64,000 nucleotides of DNA from positions 2,170,001 to 2,234,000 of the forward strand of contig OZ374559.1 of assembly GCA_977862235.1 (NCBI GenBank), in the 5' to 3' direction. Below the pieces are notes generated by a model that was given only the letters and a program-made list of their open reading frames with translations, had not been told where the DNA came from and ran no database searches. The position numbers were made by a program, and so were the translations under genes. This document shows, piece after piece, positions 60,139 to 64,000 of this stretch; positions within the stretch are counted from its first letter, which is position 1; every line of letters begins with the position of its first letter. This DNA is from Dudresnaya verticillata. Lineage: Eukaryota.

Positions 60139-63100
60139 TGTTAGGAAATGTAGTGCCAGGGGGGTCCCCCTTTTTCGCTTGCAAGCGGGTTGATATTCCG
60201 CATCTAGCAACGGGCGACCGCCAACGGCGCGCACACCTGCCAACGGCGCAAACACGTCACGCATGCCGCTGGCCGCCCGGGCCAGAACGGCCCGTTTGGC
60301 GTGCAGACTGCACGCCCGAACCCGGAACACTGTACGGCGCCACGCGTGCGCGCATGGCGCAACGGCGGGAACGTCCGCTGTAAGCGTGGCCCGGATCCGA
60401 ATCCCGCGCCGACGTCGTGATCGCGCACGCCACGATGGCATTCGCATTACAGTGCGCACCCGATACGAAATCGCTGACACCTTCGTGACTTTCCCGTTGC
60501 TCGCCGCGCGTAACGGCACCGGGGCCCACGAGACACGCGCACCTCCGTATGCATCGCTGGCGCACTTCGCAACCGCCACCATACGTGAGGCGACCGTTCG
60601 TTGGCACCGAGGCCGTTACGAATCATTCGAGTACGAACAGTCTCCCGCGTTGACGCGCATTCGTGCTCACGTAGTATTACTTAGCCAGTCGTCTGGCATA
60701 ACCTCCGAGGGTTTCCGGTAAGCGACTAGCGCCCGGACCTCGGAGTCTTCGGTAAACGCCTGTTTCTTCGAGTTCGGTGTTCGTCTTCGTGACCGCGGAT
60801 ACGGTCGAGCCTCGCTTTCGATAGCCCCGCGCACCCGGAGTCATCCCCGGTGATCGATCGCTCGAGTTCTCCCTTCCGCACACGAATACGTTGACACCGT
60901 GGTCCTTCGTGTTGGTCGCTCCGCTCTACCACGCTACCCCCCCTTTTCGTTTCTCCGTTAGGCTACGAGGCCATTCGTTAGGCTCCAAGGCCATTCCGTA
61001 CAGTGCGAGACTTCCCCGCGTCACCGTGGACTTCGTTATACCACAAGGAGGAGAAGGCAAACCAAGATTTCCGTTTTCAAACGAACGATAACACTGCGGC
61101 ACAGCCGGATGCTTTCACGAAGTCTATCGAGGCAACCACTGCCAAGCCTCCGTCAGTAGACGATTTGGACCTGGGACATCTCCCCGCCGAGCATCAAGGC
61201 CGGCTTAAAGAGATGTTACGCAAGTATTCTTCTATGTGGGACGGTTCGTTGGGAGAAATCGCAACCACGGAGCACTACATCGACTTGCTTCCCGGCTCTA
61301 GACCGATATCGTCCCCGCCCTACCGAGCGGGGCCGAAGCAAAGACAACTCGCTCAAGCGGAAGTGGATCGCATGCTGCGTCAAGGGGTTATCGAGCCCGC
61401 GCAATCGCCGTGGGCGTCACCAGTGGTCTTCGTTCCCAAGAAGGACGGGACCCTCCGCTTTTGCGTAGACTACCGTCGTTTAAACGCAGTACCCGTGCGG
61501 GATACGTACCCGCTGCCGCGTATCGATGAATGCATTGACAGTCTAGGAGAAGCAAATGTCTTCACCACCCTAGACTGTAACAGTGGGTACTGGCAGGTGC
61601 CGATCAATCTGCGAGATCGCGATAAGACCGCGTTCACGTGCCACGCCGGGCTGTTCCGCTATAAACGTATGCCATTCGGTCTCACGAACGCACCCGCTAC
61701 GTTTCAACGAACGTTGGACATACTGCTTGCTGGTTACAAATGGCGTTCGTGCCTCGTCTACCTCGACGACGTAATAATCTTCTCCAGCGCCATCGATAGT
61801 CACTTCCGTCATGTTGACGAGATCCTTTCGACATTGCACCGCGCCGGGGTGACTCTGAAGTTGACCAAGTGTGACTTCTTCAACCCAACCCTCAACTACT
61901 TAGGTCACGTCATACGTCCAGGACGGTTAGAAGTTGACCGCACTGTCACTGCCGCGCTACGCGAAGCCAAGCATCCACGGGATCAGAAGGAGCTACGGAG
62001 CTTCCTCGGTCTTTGTAACGTCTACAGACGGTTCGTCTCGCGGTACGCGCATGTCGCTGCCCCCCTCAACAAGTCGCTGAGGAAGGAACAGGACTTTCGG
62101 TTACAGCCGTTCCATGAGACACAAGCCAAAGCGTTCAGTACGCTCGTCGAGGCCGTGACTCATCCGCCTATACTGGCGCTACCGCAGCAGGGTTTCCCCT
62201 ATTCCGTCGATTGTGACGCAAGCGAGTATCAGGTCTCGCTCACCGCTCCAAGGCGTAACTACTCGGTCTCCGAAAAGGAGTGCCTCGCAGTAGTATGGTC
62301 CGTCATGACGCTGAGACCTTACCTCCAGATGGAGTCATTCACAGTCCATACGGACCATTCGTTACGGAGGTGGCTGATGGAAATAAGCGACCACTCTGGA
62401 CGGTTAATGCGGTGGCGCCTTCGCCTTTCCGAGTTCGACTTCGTCGTGAAGTACAAAAAGGGGTATCTGAATACTCAGGCAGATGCCCTTTCGCGTCTAC
62501 AGACGAAGGGAGAAACCGTCGAGCCCATTGACGATGATATACCATGCTATCACGGAAGCTACGTCGAAGACGACCATCAAAGGTCACAAGACGATCTATC
62601 AGACGCCGAAGGCGAGGTCGACTTCGCCGAACGAGAGTTCGAAGAGTTCGACCAAGTGTTGATCAACAACACGCCACCGGCGGATGAGGTACTCCTTCGT
62701 AAAGTGACGCATGAAGAATTGTTACACGCCCAAGGCAATGACAAATACTGTAACGATGTCAGGAAACGTCTGGATGACGGGATCATCTTACCGTTGGAAA
62801 CGGATGAACAGGGCCTGTTGGTCCGAACAGTGGAAGTCCGTCCGCAAGTGGTCGTACCCTCCGCGTTACGCGCTCACTTACTCTACCTCCGGCACCACGC
62901 CAAGTTGGCAGGGCACCCAGAGGGGCGTAAGTTGTATCATACGCTTCGACGCGAATACTATTGGCCATCGATGCCAGTGGACTGCTATGCGACCGTCCGC
63001 AACTGCGTAACCTGCGCTAAGAATCGCGTATTGCTGCGAAAGAACAACAAGCAATTGAAGTTATTCCCGGCAACCGAGCCTCTCGAATTCGTATCGATCG

Positions 63101-64000
63101 ACATCCTGGGCGAACTCATACGCACGAAGCGAGGAAACAAGTTCCTACTCGTCATTGTGGACCGCTTCTCGGAGCTGGTCCGGACGGTCCCACTGCGTAG
63201 CATTAAGGCACTGGAAATCGCTAAGGCGTTTGTACGACATTGGGTCTTCGTGTACGGGCCCCCCAAGAAACTGTTGTCCGACAATAGACCCCAGTTTGTG
63301 GCTAAGCTGTTTCAGGATATCTGCCGTCTTTTGGGAGTGGAGAATCTCTTCACCACGACGTACCATCCGCAATGCAATGGCCAGGTAGAAAGATTCAATC
63401 CAACTATCCTGGCCTCGCTGCGTCACTACGTTGCGGATCATGCGAGAGACTGGGACCTGTTCACGGATGCCTTGAAGTTCGCATACAACACACAGTTGCA
63501 TTCGTCTACGCATCTCGCTCCGTTTGAATTGGTGCTGTCTAAGCCACCACGGCCATTGTCGCTCGAAGCGGAACCGTCGCTGGAAAGCGTACCCACCGCG
63601 GGGCAATACTACACTAAGTGCGAACCTGGCTGGCCGCACTGATGGGAACCGCTAAAGCGTCGTTAGAGAAAACTCAAGCACGTTAAAAACGAAACTTCGA
63701 TACCCAATTAAGGAAATCGAAGGAAGCAATCGCCGTAGGCGACTTCGTATTCGTACGTAAGGACTACTTCGCCCGAGGCGGGGGCACGGATCGCGCAGAG
63801 CGTAAGCATAAGTTGGCGCCAGTGGCGGACAGACCATATCGGGTAACTCACGTTGATAACGAGACCGTAACCGTCGACAAGGGACGCGACGAGCGGGAAC
63901 GTTTGTCCCGAGACCGCGTGGTCTGGGCACCGACTCCACCAGGTCAAGCGGCCCCTCCAATCGTCGTACCACCAGGCCCACCCGCGGCGCAGGACGTAGT
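60139..64000 (+). mobile_element. Ty3/Gypsy LTR retrotransposon lacking gag and protease; runs off the window
   Basis: TGTTAGG at 60139 starts an LTR-like segment (start tentative), followed directly by pol. Confidence 0.7.
61003..63642 (+). CDS. pol: Gypsy pol fragment: RT, RNase H, integrase
   Basis: SPWASPVVFVPKKDG, FCVDYRRLN, LDCNSGYWQ, MPFGLTNAPATFQ, YLDD, CDAS, EKECLAV, TDH, ADALSR, HH..GH..CVTC, SDN, YHPQCNGQVERFN; the integrase tail continues after a frameshift. Confidence 0.95.
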   Translation: MRDFPASPWTSLYHKEEKANQDFRFQTNDNTAAQPDAFTKSIEATTAKPPSVDDLDLGHLPAEHQGRLKEMLRKYSSMWDGSLGEIATTEHYIDLLPGSRPISSPPYRAGPKQRQLAQAEVDRMLRQGVIEPAQSPWASPVVFVPKKDGTLRFCVDYRRLNAVPVRDTYPLPRIDECIDSLGEANVFTTLDCNSGYWQVPINLRDRDKTAFTCHAGLFRYKRMPFGLTNAPATFQRTLDILLAGYKWRSCLVYLDDVIIFSSAIDSHFRHVDEILSTLHRAGVTLKLTKCDFFNPTLNYLGHVIRPGRLEVDRTVTAALREAKHPRDQKELRSFLGLCNVYRRFVSRYAHVAAPLNKSLRKEQDFRLQPFHETQAKAFSTLVEAVTHPPILALPQQGFPYSVDCDASEYQVSLTAPRRNYSVSEKECLAVVWSVMTLRPYLQMESFTVHTDHSLRRWLMEISDHSGRLMRWRLRLSEFDFVVKYKKGYLNTQADALSRLQTKGETVEPIDDDIPCYHGSYVEDDHQRSQDDLSDAEGEVDFAEREFEEFDQVLINNTPPADEVLLRKVTHEELLHAQGNDKYCNDVRKRLDDGIILPLETDEQGLLVRTVEVRPQVVVPSALRAHLLYLRHHAKLAGHPEGRKLYHTLRREYYWPSMPVDCYATVRNCVTCAKNRVLLRKNNKQLKLFPATEPLEFVSIDILGELIRTKRGNKFLLVIVDRFSELVRTVPLRSIKALEIAKAFVRHWVFVYGPPKKLLSDNRPQFVAKLFQDICRLLGVENLFTTTYHPQCNGQVERFNPTILASLRHYVADHARDWDLFTDALKFAYNTQLHSSTHLAPFELVLSKPPRPLSLEAEPSLESVPTAGQYYTKCEPGWPH

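Overview
Eukaryotic, transposon-dense window with no rRNA, tRNA or CRISPR that I can support. The gag motifs, near-absence of introns and an egghead-like GT2 gene suggest a red alga (inference only). From left to right: (1) a decayed gene for a ParB/Srx-like domain fused to a bacterial-type beta-class N4C/N6A DNA methyltransferase and a CACTA-TnpA-like C-terminal domain (1839-4771), with a divergent partner ORF and a palindromic, transposon-end-like tract at 5247-5600; (2) an egghead/bre-3-like mannosyltransferase pseudogene; (3) a Sola1-like DDD transposase pseudogene carrying the same TnpA-like domain; (4) a LINE fragment, two Ty3/Gypsy elements, a gag remnant and three solo LTRs with target-site duplications; (5) a two-copy dispersed repeat of about 2 kb; (6) an intact spliced gene for an 82-aa Cys-rich secreted peptide that the ORF track misses; (7) a DIRS-type tyrosine-recombinase retroelement (gag, RT, RNase H, MTase remnant, YR) with unusual hairpin termini; (8) a Helitron. 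The most notable candidate system is the apparently transposon-borne ParB-methyltransferase fusion. All family assignments come from motif reading by eye; no database searches were run.
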